Shown here piece by piece: positions 18,409 through 29,821 of a stretch of 64,000 nucleotides of DNA (position 1 is its first letter; the number at the start of each line of letters is the position of its first letter). The stretch is from an uncultured Verrucomicrobiae bacterium. GTDB taxonomy: Bacteria; Chlamydiota; Chlamydiia; Chlamydiales; Rhabdochlamydiaceae. Under the pieces are notes generated by a model. That model worked only from the letters and a program-made list of their open reading frames with translations, ran no database searches and had not been told where the DNA came from. Made by a program: the position numbers and the translations under genes. Location of the stretch: the NCBI GenBank assembly GCA_963806855.1, contig CAWDYW010000003.1, forward strand, positions 160,001-224,000, written 5' to 3'.

Positions 18409-18414
18409 AAAAGG

Positions 18415-18600
18415 CTAATAGGGAGTCTTCTTCTTGTGCTTGAGCGCGGCTTTAGCTTTTGCCCGGCTCTTGATAGAAGGTTTGTCATAGTAACGGTGAG
18501 CTTTTGCCGCTTTCATGATCCCTTCTTTATCAAGTTTCTTTTTAAGAATGCGAAGAGCTTTTTCGATTGAATCACCGGCTCGGACTTTAACACTTGACAT
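18415..18600 (-). CDS. rpsU: 30S ribosomal protein S21
   Basis: [19 protein letters not shown]...RYYDKPS. Confidence 0.95.
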   Translation of the reverse strand: MSSVKVRAGDSIEKALRILKKKLDKEGIMKAAKAHRYYDKPSIKSRAKAKAALKHKKKTPY

Positions 18601-18686
18601 CTACGTCGATTTCCTTGGAGTTGAAGTTAATGGTTTTGCATTTCATTTTAATGATCCGCCCGATATTTTTCAATATAATCCCATCC

Positions 18687-18769
18687 CGTGCCCGTGTGCG
18701 TGCCCGTGCCCGTGCCCGAAATAATTCGTTTCGGGCACGGGCACGGGCACGGGCACGCACACGGGCACG
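18687..18769. repeat. Hairpin of GCCCGT/ACGGGC hexamer tandems (copy 1)
   Basis: cgtgcccgtgtgcgtgcccgtgcccgtgcccgaaa-loop-tttcgggcacgggcac...acgggcacg. Confidence 0.92.
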
Positions 18770-18775
18770 AAAAAA

Positions 18776-19333
18776 TTACCGGAGATAGGTGAGTTCGAGC
18801 GAGGCAATATTAGAAAAATTTTTTTGAAGAAACCGGTTTTGTACCTCGATGGCAACTAGGTCTAAATTAGGCTCGGGATCCAAATAGCCAGGCCCAACAA
18901 TAAAATCCTTTTCCCCAATCTGAAGCTCATCGGGGGTCATCAATTGGGGGCTCGAAATTTGCCGACTTCCCGTATCCCCTGTCAATACATAGAGCTGGCC
19001 CATTTTCGCATCGCCGATAAAGGCAAAGCTCCCAGCCTGATTTTTGGGGAGGAAGGCCAGGGGCGAGACAAATTCGATCAGGGGGAGGTTCGCGGCGAAG
19101 GCGAGGGTCTTGGCAATGGTGGCGCCGGTGCGTATGCCCATATAAGAGCCGGGCCCGACTCCGACGGCGATGTAATCTAAATCTTTTATTTTGCAGAATG
19201 TTTCCAGCGCGGGGAAGAGGGTAGCCGAAAGATTTTTGGCCCCTTCGATCAGAACCATTTTTTCTACTATGCCGCCTTGGATGAGTCCCAAAATAGCAGG
19301 ATCGCGACTGGTATCAATTATTAATCCTTTCAT
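18776..19333 (-). CDS. tsaB: tRNA threonylcarbamoyladenosine biosynthesis protein TsaB
   Basis: IIDTS, VGVGPGSYMGIRTG and DAKMGQLY. Confidence 0.9.
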   Translation of the reverse strand: MKGLIIDTSRDPAILGLIQGGIVEKMVLIEGAKNLSATLFPALETFCKIKDLDYIAVGVGPGSYMGIRTGATIAKTLAFAANLPLIEFVSPLAFLPKNQAGSFAFIGDAKMGQLYVLTGDTGSRQISSPQLMTPDELQIGEKDFIVGPGYLDPEPNLDLVAIEVQNRFLQKNFSNIASLELTYLR

Positions 19334-19394
19334 GGTATAACAGCATACCAGATTGCACTATTTTTCCCGAGTTGTTAGACTCGTGAAATTCCTT

Positions 19395-21860
19395 ATGAGT
19401 AAAAAGAAAGATTTTAAAGAAGAAACCCTTGAAGAGGCTGTCAAAAAGACGGTCGGCGGAGAGGCGAAAGTAAAGCCCATTACAGAGGATCCTGAAGAGC
19501 TAACGCTCGTTCCGCTGTCGCGCCGCCCCTTTTTCCCGGGGATGGCCGCGCCGCTCATTATCGAGCCGGGGGTCTACTACGAGACGCTCAAGCAGGTGGC
19601 GGCGACCGATCACAAGACGATGGGGCTATTCCTCACTAAGCAGGAAGAGGCCAACATCTATGAGCTCAAGATCGACGACTTCTACAAGGTAGGCGTTTCG
19701 GCCAAAATTTTGCGCATCATCCCGATGGAACAGGGGGGCGCGCAGGTTATCCTCAACATGGAGAAGCGGATCTCGATCCGAAAGGCTGGCAAGAAGGGGA
19801 AATTTCTCTCTGCGAAGGTCGTTTATCATGAAGATCCGCCAGCTCGAGGCCTCTCGAAAGAGGTGAAGGCCTACTCGATCAGCATCATCAGCACGATTAA
19901 GGACCTGCTCAAGCTCAATCCACTTTTCAAAGAGGAGCTGCAAGTCTTCTTGGGCCACTCCGATTTCACCGACCCAGGAAAATTGGCCGACTTCGCCGTG
20001 GCCTTGACGACGGCGTCGAGGGAAGACCTGCAAGGGGTATTAGAGGCTTTTGATCTCAATGACCGGATCAGCCGCGCACTGGTGCTCTTGAAGCAAGAGC
20101 TCGATCTGTCGAAATTGCAGAGCAGCATCAACCAGAAGATCGAAGCGACCGTTTCGAAGACGCAGCGGGAATTTTTCTTGCGCGAGCAGCTCAAGACGAT
20201 CAAGAAAGAGCTTGGACTGGAAAAGGACGACAAGAGTCTCGACTTGGAGAAATTCGAAGAGAGGCTGAATGCTCGCAAAGTGCCAGAACCTGTGATGAAG
20301 GTGATCTCCGATGAGATGGAAAAATTGTCGGTCCTCGAAGTGCAGTCGTCCGAATATGCAGTCAGCCGCAACTACTTAGATTGGCTGACGATAATCCCTT
20401 GGGGCATTTTTAGTGGGGGAATCGGTTCAGATAAGGAGCACAACCTTAAAATTGCAGAAAAAGTTCTGAAAGACGACCACTATGGCCTAGACGACATCAA
20501 AGAGCGGATTTTGGAATTCATCGCCGTCGGTAAACTCTCAGGTGGCATGAAGGGAAGCATCATCGGATTGATTGGGCCGCCAGGGGTTGGAAAGACAAGC
20601 ATCGGCAAGAGCATCGCTCGGGCGCTTGATCGAAAGTTTTACCGCTTTTCGGTCGGTGGGATGCGCGATGAGGCTGAGATCAAAGGGCACCGGCGCACCT
20701 ACATCGGGGCGATGCCAGGCAAAATCGTCCAAGCGCTAAAAGCTACTGAAGTGATGAATCCCGTGATCATGCTCGACGAAGTCGATAAAATCGGCTCGAG
20801 CTTTCAAGGGGATCCTGCTTCTGCACTGCTCGAAGTGCTCGATCCAGAACAAAACGTCGACTTCCTCGACCACTATCTAGATGTGCGAGTCGATCTCTCG
20901 AATGTCTTATTCATTTTGACAGCCAATGTCATCGAAGGGATCCCTGAGCCGCTGCGCGACCGGATGGAAATTTTGCGTCTATCGGGCTACATCCAAGAAG
21001 AGAAAGTGCAGATCGCCAAGAAGTACCTCATCCCACGTAACCGAACCAAAATGGGATTAAAAGCCTCCGACATTACCTTCAACATCGATGCGCTCAAGCA
21101 GATCATCAATGGCTATGCGCGTGAAGCGGGCGTCCGCAATTTGGAAAACCATATCAAGAAGATCATGCGTAAAGTGGCGATGAAAATCGTCAAAGAAGAG
21201 GAGCGCGGCAAGAAGTTCAAAGGGGTCACCATCAAAGAGGCTCTCCTCAAAGACTATTTGGGCAAGCCGGTCTTCACGAGCGACCGCTTCTATGAGAAGA
21301 CGCCGATCGGTGTCGCGATGGGACTCGCTTGGACAGCAATGGGAGGGGCCACCCTCTACATCGAAGTGGTCCAGGTGCCAGCAGAAAAGCCGGTCTTACT
21401 ACTGACCGGGCAAATGGGCGATGTGATGAAGGAGTCGTGCCAAATCGCATGGAACTACGTCCATAGCTCCATGAGCCGGTTCGCTCCCAATTTCTCCTTC
21501 TTTGATCGGAGTCAAGTACACCTCCATATTCCTGAAGGGGCGACACCCAAAGATGGACCATCAGCCGGTATTACCATTGCGACGGCCCTCTTTTCGCTCC
21601 TGATGAAGCAGCCAATCAAAAACGACCTCGGGATGACTGGAGAGCTCACCTTGACTGGAAAAGTCCTTCCGATCGGAGGGGTTAAAGAAAAAGTGATCGC
21701 CGCCCGCCGTTCCAAACTAAACACCCTGATTTTCCCCAAAGACAATCAGAGAGATGTCGAAGAACTCGCCCCCTACCTGAAAAAGGGCTTTCTATTCCAT
21801 TTTGTCGAATACTACGAGGAGGTTTTCCATGTTGCTTTCGGAAAAGGCAAAAACATTTAG
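19395..21860 (+). CDS. lon: ATP-dependent Lon protease
   Basis: [39 protein letters not shown]. Likely ATG at 19395. Confidence 0.97.
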   Translation: MSKKKDFKEETLEEAVKKTVGGEAKVKPITEDPEELTLVPLSRRPFFPGMAAPLIIEPGVYYETLKQVAATDHKTMGLFLTKQEEANIYELKIDDFYKVGVSAKILRIIPMEQGGAQVILNMEKRISIRKAGKKGKFLSAKVVYHEDPPARGLSKEVKAYSISIISTIKDLLKLNPLFKEELQVFLGHSDFTDPGKLADFAVALTTASREDLQGVLEAFDLNDRISRALVLLKQELDLSKLQSSINQKIEATVSKTQREFFLREQLKTIKKELGLEKDDKSLDLEKFEERLNARKVPEPVMKVISDEMEKLSVLEVQSSEYAVSRNYLDWLTIIPWGIFSGGIGSDKEHNLKIAEKVLKDDHYGLDDIKERILEFIAVGKLSGGMKGSIIGLIGPPGVGKTSIGKSIARALDRKFYRFSVGGMRDEAEIKGHRRTYIGAMPGKIVQALKATEVMNPVIMLDEVDKIGSSFQGDPASALLEVLDPEQNVDFLDHYLDVRVDLSNVLFILTANVIEGIPEPLRDRMEILRLSGYIQEEKVQIAKKYLIPRNRTKMGLKASDITFNIDALKQIINGYAREAGVRNLENHIKKIMRKVAMKIVKEEERGKKFKGVTIKEALLKDYLGKPVFTSDRFYEKTPIGVAMGLAWTAMGGATLYIEVVQVPAEKPVLLLTGQMGDVMKESCQIAWNYVHSSMSRFAPNFSFFDRSQVHLHIPEGATPKDGPSAGITIATALFSLLMKQPIKNDLGMTGELTLTGKVLPIGGVKEKVIAARRSKLNTLIFPKDNQRDVEELAPYLKKGFLFHFVEYYEEVFHVAFGKGKNI

Positions 21861-22344
21861 AGAATCGATCGGCAATAAACTGGTCCACCCTGATCAGCTT
21901 AGGACCGTATGCGAGCAGCTTCGTAGAGAGGGAAAATCGATCGTTACACTGAATGGAAGCTTCGATCTGTTGCATCCAGGTCACTTAGAGATGATCCACC
22001 AAGCCTCTTGCCAAGGAGATGTGCTCCTGATGCTCCTCAATACCGACGCGTCGATCAAAGGGTACAAGAGCTTGGATAGACCGATTAACCCCCTTGAAGT
22101 GCGTCTACAGCACATTGCCGCCCTGCAGATGGTCGATTACGTCAGCTGGTTTAGCGAGCTCGACCCGATCAAAATCCTCGGCGTTATCAAGCCTGATGTG
22201 CACTGCAACGGCAGCGAATATGGAGAGAACTGCATCGAGGCGCCTGTCGTCAAAGAAAATGGGGGGAGAATCCACATCATCCAGCTGATCGGAGGCTACT
22301 CCTCAACCAACATGATCAAAAAAATCCAGAGTTTATGCGATTAA
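21829..22344 (+). CDS. Cytidylyltransferase-family protein (RfaE domain II / heptose-1-phosphate adenylyltransferase-like)
   Basis: NGSFDLLHPGH, NTDASI, RPIN and YSSTNMI. Confidence 0.85.
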   Translation: MLLSEKAKTFRESIGNKLVHPDQLRTVCEQLRREGKSIVTLNGSFDLLHPGHLEMIHQASCQGDVLLMLLNTDASIKGYKSLDRPINPLEVRLQHIAALQMVDYVSWFSELDPIKILGVIKPDVHCNGSEYGENCIEAPVVKENGGRIHIIQLIGGYSSTNMIKKIQSLCD

Positions 22345-23492
22345 TCGGCAACGTCAAAAACGAAAAGCAAGCCTTCCTCTTCTACTCCTTCCTGCTAGGA
22401 GAGGGGATCCATTGCACCTACGAGATCGATAAAGCCGAGCAAAAAAATGTGGTCCTCATTTGGGTCTACGAAGAGGATCAGATCGAGCGGGCCGAGGCCT
22501 ATCTTGAAGAGTTCAGAGCCAACCCAAACGATCCCAAATTCACCAAAGTCGAATTCCCCGACGCTCCTCCTGTGCCACCCGACCATATCGCTGAGCCGAA
22601 GAAACCCCAAACCCCAGAAAAACCCTCCTGGAAAGACCATCCCCGCAAGATCAAGAAGCACCCGATCACTTCACTGGTTTTGCTCGTTTGCATCTTCCTC
22701 TATATGGTCACCCTCACCCAGGAAGTGCAAATGGTGCAAGCTGACGGAGAACTGGCCATTGAACTGGGCATGACCCCGATTCAGCAAGAACTGATGTTCG
22801 ATTATCCTGCCTCCAATCAAAAAATCGATCAGCTGCTGCAGCAATATCCCCTGAAAGGCTACAAAACCTTCGATGAGATCCCTCCATCGGTAAAGAAAGC
22901 TTTTGAAGAGGCGAAGAATATCCCCACCTGGCAAGGGATCATGACCCGCATCCTCTACAAATTCAAAAAAATCCCGCCGCCCGCCTCCATCGATGGACCG
23001 ATGTTTGGCAAAATCCGAGAAGGAGAGTATTGGCGACTCTTTACCCCCGTTCTGCTCCACGGCAGCATCCTGCACATCCTCTTCAACATGATTTGGGTCT
23101 GGATCCTTCTCCCTCCGATCGAAGCGCGTTTACCCAAATGGAAAATCGCCCTCCTGATCCTCATCACCGGCGTGGTCCCCTGCGTCGCCCAATATCTCGT
23201 CAGCGGCCCTTACTTTCTCGGCTTTTCGGGCATCGTCGTCGGCCTCGTCGGCTTTATCTGGGTGCGCCAAAAAGTGGCCCCCTGGGAAGGCTATCCATTG
23301 CAAAAACTGACCATCATCTTCGTCCTCGTCTACGTCGCCTCCCTCTTCGGCCTCGAGATCTTTTCACTGATTAAAAACGTCATTTCGACCTCCACCTCCA
23401 CCGTCACTATCGCCAACACCGCCCACATCGTCGGTGGCCTGATCGGCATGCTGCTCGGCGCCCTTCCCTTCTTTTCCAGAGGGACAAAATGA
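22335..23492 (+). CDS. Rhomboid family intramembrane serine protease (GlpG-like)
   Basis: WRLFTP, HILFNM, GFSG and AHIVGG. Confidence 0.9.
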   Translation: MRLIGNVKNEKQAFLFYSFLLGEGIHCTYEIDKAEQKNVVLIWVYEEDQIERAEAYLEEFRANPNDPKFTKVEFPDAPPVPPDHIAEPKKPQTPEKPSWKDHPRKIKKHPITSLVLLVCIFLYMVTLTQEVQMVQADGELAIELGMTPIQQELMFDYPASNQKIDQLLQQYPLKGYKTFDEIPPSVKKAFEEAKNIPTWQGIMTRILYKFKKIPPPASIDGPMFGKIREGEYWRLFTPVLLHGSILHILFNMIWVWILLPPIEARLPKWKIALLILITGVVPCVAQYLVSGPYFLGFSGIVVGLVGFIWVRQKVAPWEGYPLQKLTIIFVLVYVASLFGLEIFSLIKNVISTSTSTVTIANTAHIVGGLIGMLLGALPFFSRGTK

Positions 23493-24394
23493 CCGTGCGC
23501 GACCTCATCATCCTCGGCTGCTCCTCCCAGCAGCCCACACGCAGACGGAACCACGGCGCCTACCTGCTCCGCTGGAATGAAGAGGGACTCCTCTTCGACC
23601 CCGGGGAAGGGACCCAAAGACAATTCATCTACGCCAACGTCGCCCCACCGACAGTCAACCGGATCTTCGTCAGTCATTTCCACGGTGACCACTGCCTTGG
23701 CCTCGGCTCGATGCTGATGCGCCTCAACCTCGACAAAGTGACCCATCCGATCCATTGCTATTACCCCGCCTCTGGCAAAAAGTACTTTGACCGGCTCCGC
23801 TACGGCACCATCTACCATGAGACCATCGAAGTGATCGAGCATCCCATCTCCGAAGAGGGCCTCGTCCACGATGATGGGAAGTTCCAAATCGAAGCCTACG
23901 CCCTCAAGCACGGCGTCGACAACTTCGGCTACCGCATCAAAGAGCCCGACGTCCGCAAATTTGATAAAGAAAAGCTCGATGCCTTCGGCGTCAAAGGACC
24001 CCTCGTCCGAGATCTCAATGAGCATGGGCACCTGATCATCAACGGCAAAACAATCACACTCGACGATGTGAGCCACGTCCGGATCGGCGATGTCTTCGCC
24101 ATCGTCATCGACACCCTCCCTTGCCCAGGGGCCATCAAAACCGCCAAAGGAGCCAAGATGCTCGTTTGCGAAGCCACTTATACCGAAGAGCACAGAGATT
24201 TAGCGAAAAGTTACCGGCACATGACCGCCAAGCAGGCCGCCATCATTGCCAAAGAGGCGGGCGTCCAGCACCTCATCCTTACCCACTTCTCAGCCCGCTA
24301 CCTAGATCTCAAAGGCCACCTGGAAGAGGCCCGCGCCATCTTCCCCAACACCGACGTAGCTGATGATCTCAAAGTGTTTGAGTTCCCTCGATAA
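23489..24394 (+). CDS. rnz: Ribonuclease Z
   Basis: [20 protein letters not shown] and THFSARY. Confidence 0.95.
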   Translation: MTVRDLIILGCSSQQPTRRRNHGAYLLRWNEEGLLFDPGEGTQRQFIYANVAPPTVNRIFVSHFHGDHCLGLGSMLMRLNLDKVTHPIHCYYPASGKKYFDRLRYGTIYHETIEVIEHPISEEGLVHDDGKFQIEAYALKHGVDNFGYRIKEPDVRKFDKEKLDAFGVKGPLVRDLNEHGHLIINGKTITLDDVSHVRIGDVFAIVIDTLPCPGAIKTAKGAKMLVCEATYTEEHRDLAKSYRHMTAKQAAIIAKEAGVQHLILTHFSARYLDLKGHLEEARAIFPNTDVADDLKVFEFPR

Positions 24395-24415
24395 ATTGAT
24401 AGTAAGAGGAAAGAG

Positions 24416-24757
24416 ATGGATATTAAAAAAATTTTAGAGACCCATAAGAAGTTCACATATGAGCGGAACTTCGATCAGTTTCAAACTCCAAAGAATTTGG
24501 CGATGGCCCTGTCGGTGGAGGCGGCCGAACTCATGGAAATTTTGATGTGGCTGTCGGAGAAGCAGACGATCGAGCTCAATGGAGAGCGGTTGAAGGCTGC
24601 CGAAGAGGAGCTGGCCGATATCTTTATCTATCTAGTGCGGCTGGCCGATGTCCTTGGCATTGATCTGATTGAAGCAGCTTCGAAAAAAATGGAAAAGAAT
24701 TTCGCGAAGCACTCGATCGAAAAGGGATTGGCGCTTGCAAAAACTTTGTTAGAATGA
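24416..24757 (+). CDS. MazG-like nucleotide pyrophosphohydrolase (dCTPase-like)
   Basis: TPKNLAMALSVEAAELME and EELADIFIYL. Confidence 0.88.
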   Translation: MDIKKILETHKKFTYERNFDQFQTPKNLAMALSVEAAELMEILMWLSEKQTIELNGERLKAAEEELADIFIYLVRLADVLGIDLIEAASKKMEKNFAKHSIEKGLALAKTLLE

Positions 24758-24786
24758 TGGAGAAGAAGAGAGAGTCTTCTTCTCCA
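24758..24786. terminator. Hairpin between convergent genes
   Basis: tggagaagaaga-gagag-tcttcttctcca, perfect 12-bp stem. Confidence 0.6.
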
Positions 24787-24800
24787 ACTCAAAAAATTTC

Positions 24801-25139
24801 CTATACTGCAGTCAATTGCCGAGATAGAACGAAGAAAAAGATACCGGCGATCGAGAAGAAATAGGCAAATTTTTTATTGAGGACTTCAGCAGGGGTATTT
24901 CCAGTGGGAGTCTGAATCTCCCAGCCTAGGGTCCCAAGGGTAGTGCTCCAACAGATATAGCCCAGATATTCCAAAATGATGGTCAGGGTCTTTGTAGTTG
25001 GATAGAATTTGTTCATAATATTTGCTGCAACTATTGCTAATAAAGTCACAATTACGCCGCAGACAAACATTTTAAAGTGTGATTTGATAACTTTTTGATT
25101 TTCGTTTTGTATTTTTGTGCCGTTGGCAATGCTTGCCAT
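24801..25139 (-). CDS. Hypothetical membrane protein (about 3 TM)
   Basis: 112-aa AT-rich ORF with hydrophobic segments. Confidence 0.6.
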   Translation of the reverse strand: MASIANGTKIQNENQKVIKSHFKMFVCGVIVTLLAIVAANIMNKFYPTTKTLTIILEYLGYICWSTTLGTLGWEIQTPTGNTPAEVLNKKFAYFFSIAGIFFFVLSRQLTAV

Positions 25140-25334
25140 TTCAAAGACCCCTTTGATACTTTATTCCGGAAAGCCCTCCTTTTCTCCTCGGAGATGCACT
25201 ACTTTCCAAACTTTTGCTAATCATTGTATTGATTAGCTTATTTAATAACAGCAATCTCTAGTTTTTTCCACAATTTCTCTAGTTTCCCTAGAGAAAAAAA
25301 TCATTTTCTGGAGTTTTTTTTCCTGAAAAAAGGC

Positions 25335-25502
25335 TATACTGGTTCCAATTGAAAGTTGGAGTTTTGCCTTCGCCATAGGAGCCATCTTTGCATCCGACCC
25401 GCCCAGCTCCTAGTTTCTCAATAGTAACCTGGGCGGGCTCGGATGCAAATCTGACGCCTCTGGCATTGGCAAATTCTCCAACTTTCAACTGAAACCAGTA
25501 TA
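25335..25502. repeat. 168-bp palindromic element, family B
   Basis: TATACTGGTTCCAATTGAAAGTTGGAG ... CTCCAACTTTCAACTGAAACCAGTATA. Inner stem ttgcatccgacccgcccag / ctgggcgggctcggatgcaa. Confidence 0.9.
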
Positions 25503-25529
25503 TACTTACGGCAAAAAGGGAGTGCTGCC

Positions 25530-26684
25530 TTGAACTTTAGATTTTTAAATGTCCCAGTCCATATTCGGCCAGGCTTCTGGCTCTTTCTGATCTTCTTTGC
25601 TAATTTGTACATCGACCCAAGTATTGAAAAATTAATTGTCGCGGGTGTGCTGCTCTTTAGTCTACTTGTTCACGAATTTGGGCACGCGCTCACTGCGCTC
25701 TTTTTTGGAGCAAAGCCGACGATTGTCTTAGAGGCTTTTGGGGGCTACGCGCAGTATGATCGATATGGTCTATCGCCGAAGCAACAATTCTTGATCACAC
25801 TCAATGGCCCGCTTCTCGAGAGTTTGCTCATCGCCATTCCCTATTATTTGCTCAAAATGGGGACATTTGACCATCTACCCTATGTCCACTATGCCCTTTA
25901 TGTGATGATGCGGTTAAACATCGTTTGGTGCTTGTTAAATTTGATTCCGATTGTCCCGCTCGATGGGGGTTATCTAGCCCTCTATTTCTGCGAACGGAAA
26001 TTTGGAGTAAAAGGGTATCGGGCTAGCTTTATCTTCGGGCTGATTTGCGCGGCGATCGTTGTCCCGATTCTCTATATCAAGGGATTTGTCTTTTTTGCGA
26101 CTCTTCTGCTGATCTATGGCTTCCAAAATTTCCAAGTGTTGCAGCGACTGAAAGGCTCTTCGGGCAACCCGTTTAATACCTATATCAATGGGGTCGAGGC
26201 GCTAAAAAATAATGATCTCGAAAAGGGGAAGGCGATTTTAAAGCGGCTGCTCAAATCGAAAGATGCGGCGATCAAGCACTCGGCCATCGAGTCTGTTGCC
26301 AAGATCCACCTGCAGGAAAATGAAGCCGATAAGGCGTATGAGCTACTCCTAAACGCCGATCCGCAGATGCTCAAAGAGGGCAAGTGCATCCTTTGCCGAT
26401 TGGCCTTCGAGCGGCAAAATTATTCCCTTGTCGGCAAGCACTCCAGAGAGATTTATGAGCTTGAACCCACATATGAAGTGGCGCTGCTCAATGCGAAGGC
26501 ATTTGGCTATCTAAAAGAGCCGGCGCTCGCGGGCGGATGGCTCCAGACCGCTTCTCTTTTCGGCGAAGAGTTTGCCGAGTTGATCAAAAGCGAAATGCAA
26601 GATGCAGCCTTCGATCCGGTGCGCGAGCATGAAGCTTTTCAGAGCTATGCCGAGAAGCTGGATCCATCTCTGATTGATTCTTAA
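25530..26684 (+). CDS. Site-2 protease (M50 family) with a C-terminal TPR-like region
   Basis: HEFGH and NLIPIVPLDGG, followed by a helical C-terminus. Confidence 0.88.
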   Translation: MNFRFLNVPVHIRPGFWLFLIFFANLYIDPSIEKLIVAGVLLFSLLVHEFGHALTALFFGAKPTIVLEAFGGYAQYDRYGLSPKQQFLITLNGPLLESLLIAIPYYLLKMGTFDHLPYVHYALYVMMRLNIVWCLLNLIPIVPLDGGYLALYFCERKFGVKGYRASFIFGLICAAIVVPILYIKGFVFFATLLLIYGFQNFQVLQRLKGSSGNPFNTYINGVEALKNNDLEKGKAILKRLLKSKDAAIKHSAIESVAKIHLQENEADKAYELLLNADPQMLKEGKCILCRLAFERQNYSLVGKHSREIYELEPTYEVALLNAKAFGYLKEPALAGGWLQTASLFGEEFAELIKSEMQDAAFDPVREHEAFQSYAEKLDPSLIDS

Positions 26685-26687
26685 TTT
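26623..26687 (+). repeat. Direct repeat, copy 1 (3' end of M50 gene); copy 2 at 29822-29886
   Basis: 65 bp with 5 mismatches, including the stop codon. Confidence 0.93.
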
Positions 26688-26709
26688 GGTGATCTATACC
26701 CCGACTCGC

Positions 26710-27513
26710 CTAAAAGTGTGAATTTGGACAGGGTAGGGTAGATTTCTCATTGCAGATTTCTTCAAAAAAATCGTCAATATCTAGACCTGAAAAAGACTCG
26801 ACCTTGAAATGTGCATCGGATAGATCTTGTCCTAGGGTATATCGATTGGGGACTGCGATGGTAATACATCCGGCGGCAACTGCTGCAGAAACTCCTGTCC
26901 TGCTATCTTCAATGGCAATACATTCTTCAGGGGCAACTCCGAGTAATTTCGCAGCTTTTAAATAGATATAAGGCTTGGGTTTATTAGTCCCTTGAGGATC
27001 GTCATATTCTTGTAAATCGTCGTGCCCAGAGAGGACAACATCGAAGAAATGATCAATTTCAAGATTTTTTAAATTTCTTAAAACGTCCTCTTTTCTTCCC
27101 CCTGAAGCAACGGCTAATTTTAGCCCATAGCGCTCCTTCTCCTGAGCGAGCTGATGTAAAAATTCGACAGTAGCTGCGATTGGGGCAATCCCCTCCATTT
27201 GAAGTTGATAAAAATACTCATTCTTATCATGGAGCACTTCTACTGAGCAGTCAAAGCCAACGAGGTCGTAAGCCATTTTTGAAATCGTGAGCTCAGCAAC
27301 TCCGGCAAAATTTGAGTTATAGTATTCTGTTGTAAGTTCATAACCTTGGTTTCCCAATGCATGACGCCAGGCTAAATAATGGGCATTGTCACTGTCGACC
27401 AAGGTGCCATCGCAATCGAATATAATTGCTTTAATACACTTTTCTTCAGCTTGGCCGCCTATAACAGTTAGTAAAGAGAGGATTAAAAAGATTATACGAT
27501 TCATGTTGCGCAT
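26710..27513 (-). CDS. HAD family phosphatase (beta-PGM-like) with a predicted signal peptide
   Basis: FDCDGTLVDS, VASG, KPKPYIY, IEDSRTGV. Likely start MRNMNRIIFLILSLL at 27513. Confidence 0.87.
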   Translation of the reverse strand: MRNMNRIIFLILSLLTVIGGQAEEKCIKAIIFDCDGTLVDSDNAHYLAWRHALGNQGYELTTEYYNSNFAGVAELTISKMAYDLVGFDCSVEVLHDKNEYFYQLQMEGIAPIAATVEFLHQLAQEKERYGLKLAVASGGRKEDVLRNLKNLEIDHFFDVVLSGHDDLQEYDDPQGTNKPKPYIYLKAAKLLGVAPEECIAIEDSRTGVSAAVAAGCITIAVPNRYTLGQDLSDAHFKVESFSGLDIDDFFEEICNEKSTLPCPNSHF

Positions 27514-27618
27514 ATTATAATCAATTCCTGACAATCTCGCAAGAGTTGCACTTGGATAGGCCTGGGCAAGAATTCTCTTTTTTATCCTATCCTCAATGCT
27601 CAGGAGCAACTCTAATAC

Positions 27619-28608
27619 CTAAAATACGTGAGCCTTGGCTGACAGCTGCATCTGATGCATTTTATCGACAGGCAATTCACATAAACAAGCAACTAAGGCA
27701 AGCTCATCGGAAAGATTGCCAAACAGAGTAGAGTCGTCGGAACAGAATACCACGGGATGCCCATTTGCATATAAAGCCAGGGCTGGATGCTCTGAGGGTT
27801 TTGTGATCATCGCGCTGCAAGCACTGCGGATGCAAGCTTCGACAACCACTTTTCTTTCTTGGATCCACCGCTGTGCTTCAGGGCATAAGAATACTGCATG
27901 CCCAACTCGATCTGGCTGAATTTCCTCAAGCTCCCTCATTTGCCGCTTGGGTTGTTCACTCCTATGTTCTCCAATATGAAGAGTAATAGGAAGGCCTGCC
28001 TTTTTAGCCCTTGCTAAAGGCTCAAAAATTCCACTGCAATCCCCTTTTGTTGACTCACCAGAAACGTCAAGGCCGCTCACCCCCTCATTCTGATAGTGGA
28101 TCGCCAAATTCACCATCTCATTGGCATCGTCCAAGGAAGTATCGCGCTTCAGGCTCAGTAATAAAGTCACCGCCACAGGGTAGTCTTGCATCCCTTTTTT
28201 TATTCCTGCAAGCACTGCTTTGAGGTAATCTTCAAAACTGCCATCCAGCTTCTTTAACCCTGTACGCAACTCGGCAATCACTACATTGTCTCGATATTGG
28301 CTGCTGCAAAAATCATAGGCCGCTTCGTAAACAAGATGGTTAGTGCATAAAATTTTGCCAATCAGGTCAAAGACTTTAAATCCCTCTCGATAGTCAATTC
28401 CCGCTCTAATTTTTGCAAGAAAATGACTTAGCTCATTGTATTCGGCCTCAGCACAATGCCTTCGAAGAAACTCCAAGGAGACGGCTCCTCCAAGATGGGC
28501 GTGAAGCTCTACTTTATCAAGAGCTTTGATCTCCTTGAGCTTTTGAGAGTATTGTGGCAGGCCCTCAATTTCTTGGAGAGTCATCTGTATGCAAGTTTCT
28601 GACATCAT
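27619..28608 (-). CDS. Adenosine deaminase family protein
   Basis: KVELHAHLGG, ELRT, TLHIGE, RVGHA and SDD. Confidence 0.9.
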   Translation of the reverse strand: MMSETCIQMTLQEIEGLPQYSQKLKEIKALDKVELHAHLGGAVSLEFLRRHCAEAEYNELSHFLAKIRAGIDYREGFKVFDLIGKILCTNHLVYEAAYDFCSSQYRDNVVIAELRTGLKKLDGSFEDYLKAVLAGIKKGMQDYPVAVTLLLSLKRDTSLDDANEMVNLAIHYQNEGVSGLDVSGESTKGDCSGIFEPLARAKKAGLPITLHIGEHRSEQPKRQMRELEEIQPDRVGHAVFLCPEAQRWIQERKVVVEACIRSACSAMITKPSEHPALALYANGHPVVFCSDDSTLFGNLSDELALVACLCELPVDKMHQMQLSAKAHVF

Positions 28609-28768
28609 TTGAATTTAATACAAAGCCAATCAAAATAATACAACCCCGGGAGCTTTCAATTCGGCCCAAATGGGTACGATTGAACCGGAAGGAGTATAAC
28701 ATTAACCCTCTCTTTTTCTTGGAGTTAAACGAACTTCCGTTAAATGTCTAGAGGCTGTATTAAGAGCC

Positions 28769-29749
28769 TTGATGGAAATAGTCGTTCTCATTGTCATTTT
28801 CGGTCTGCTGTTTGATTTCACAAATGGCTTTCATGACGCTGCAAATGTGGTCGCAACCCCCATTGCCACCAAAGTGGTGCGGCCGGCAATTGCCATAGGG
28901 GTTGCATCGATTTTCAACTTTTTAGGGGCAACGCAGGTCAGCGGAGTTGCGCAGACGATTGCGAGCGGCCTCGTTGAAGTCCAGCAGGCGTCGCAGCTCA
29001 TGGTGCTGGCGGCTTTGATCGGAGCCATTTTATGGAACCTTGCGACATGGTACTTTGGAGTGCCGAGCAGCTCGACGTATGCACTGATCGGAGGCCTTGT
29101 CGGCGCAACGCTTGTCAATAGCGGGATGAAAGGCGTGCTCTGGACAGGTGTTGTCTATAAGGTGCTGATCCCGATGGTGGTTTCTCCTTTCCTTGGACTC
29201 ATTATCGCCTGGTGCTTGATGACAGTTTTGCTCAAGATCTCAAAGAAAAATCGGCCGTTTTATAAATACTTTCAGCTGATCTCGGCTTCTTTAGTTGCGC
29301 TCACGCATGGACTGAACGATGCGCAAAAAAGCATGGGGATTATCACGCTGGGACTTTATTCTGCGGGGATGATCGCTTCGACACACATTCCGTTGTGGGT
29401 GATCGGCGCGTGCGCTGCATTCATGGCGCTTGGAACCGCCTCGGGCGGCTTTAGGATCATTCGGACGATGGGGTTTGAGATTACGAAGCTTAAGCCGATC
29501 GACGGATTTGCTGCCGAGCTCAGTTCATCCATTGTAATGCTGACGACAAGCCTTCTTGGCATGCCTCTTAGCACGACCCACATCATCGTCGGAAGCATCA
29601 CAGGCGTTGGCACCGCCCGCGGCGCCGAGAGCGTCCGATGGACCACTGCTCGCAAAGTCGTCGCCGCATGGGTCTTTACCCTTCCGGGATCTGTTACTCT
29701 TTCCGGCGTTATTTTTTATTTTCTGTCAATGACCCTATCCGCAATGTAG
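28769..29749 (+). CDS. Inorganic phosphate transporter (PiT family)
   Basis: NGFHDAAN, HGLNDAQK and PLSTTH. Confidence 0.93.
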   Translation: MMEIVVLIVIFGLLFDFTNGFHDAANVVATPIATKVVRPAIAIGVASIFNFLGATQVSGVAQTIASGLVEVQQASQLMVLAALIGAILWNLATWYFGVPSSSTYALIGGLVGATLVNSGMKGVLWTGVVYKVLIPMVVSPFLGLIIAWCLMTVLLKISKKNRPFYKYFQLISASLVALTHGLNDAQKSMGIITLGLYSAGMIASTHIPLWVIGACAAFMALGTASGGFRIIRTMGFEITKLKPIDGFAAELSSSIVMLTTSLLGMPLSTTHIIVGSITGVGTARGAESVRWTTARKVVAAWVFTLPGSVTLSGVIFYFLSMTLSAM

Positions 29750-29809
29750 AGGAAAAAATCTGGGGGATTTTTCGAGCGCTTTTTTCCTCTTCATTGCGGA
29801 TAGGGTCAT
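29729..29809. repeat. 81-bp inverted repeat overlapping the PiT stop codon
   Basis: atgaccctatccgcaatg-tagaggaaaaaa ... ttttttcctctt-cattgcggatagggtcat. Confidence 0.88.
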
Positions 29810-29821
29810 ATATCTGACTTT

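Noticed and set aside
18594..18855. ORFs encoding RARARA, VPVPVP, GHGHGH or CPCPCP (also 51641-51977)
   Set aside because: They are translations of the hexamer hairpin, with no gene context.
23330..24193. 287-aa antisense ORF, and similar long shadows such as 8246-8890, 14480-15226 and 54508-55089
   Set aside because: They lie opposite well-supported genes, are explained by codon bias, and have no motifs.
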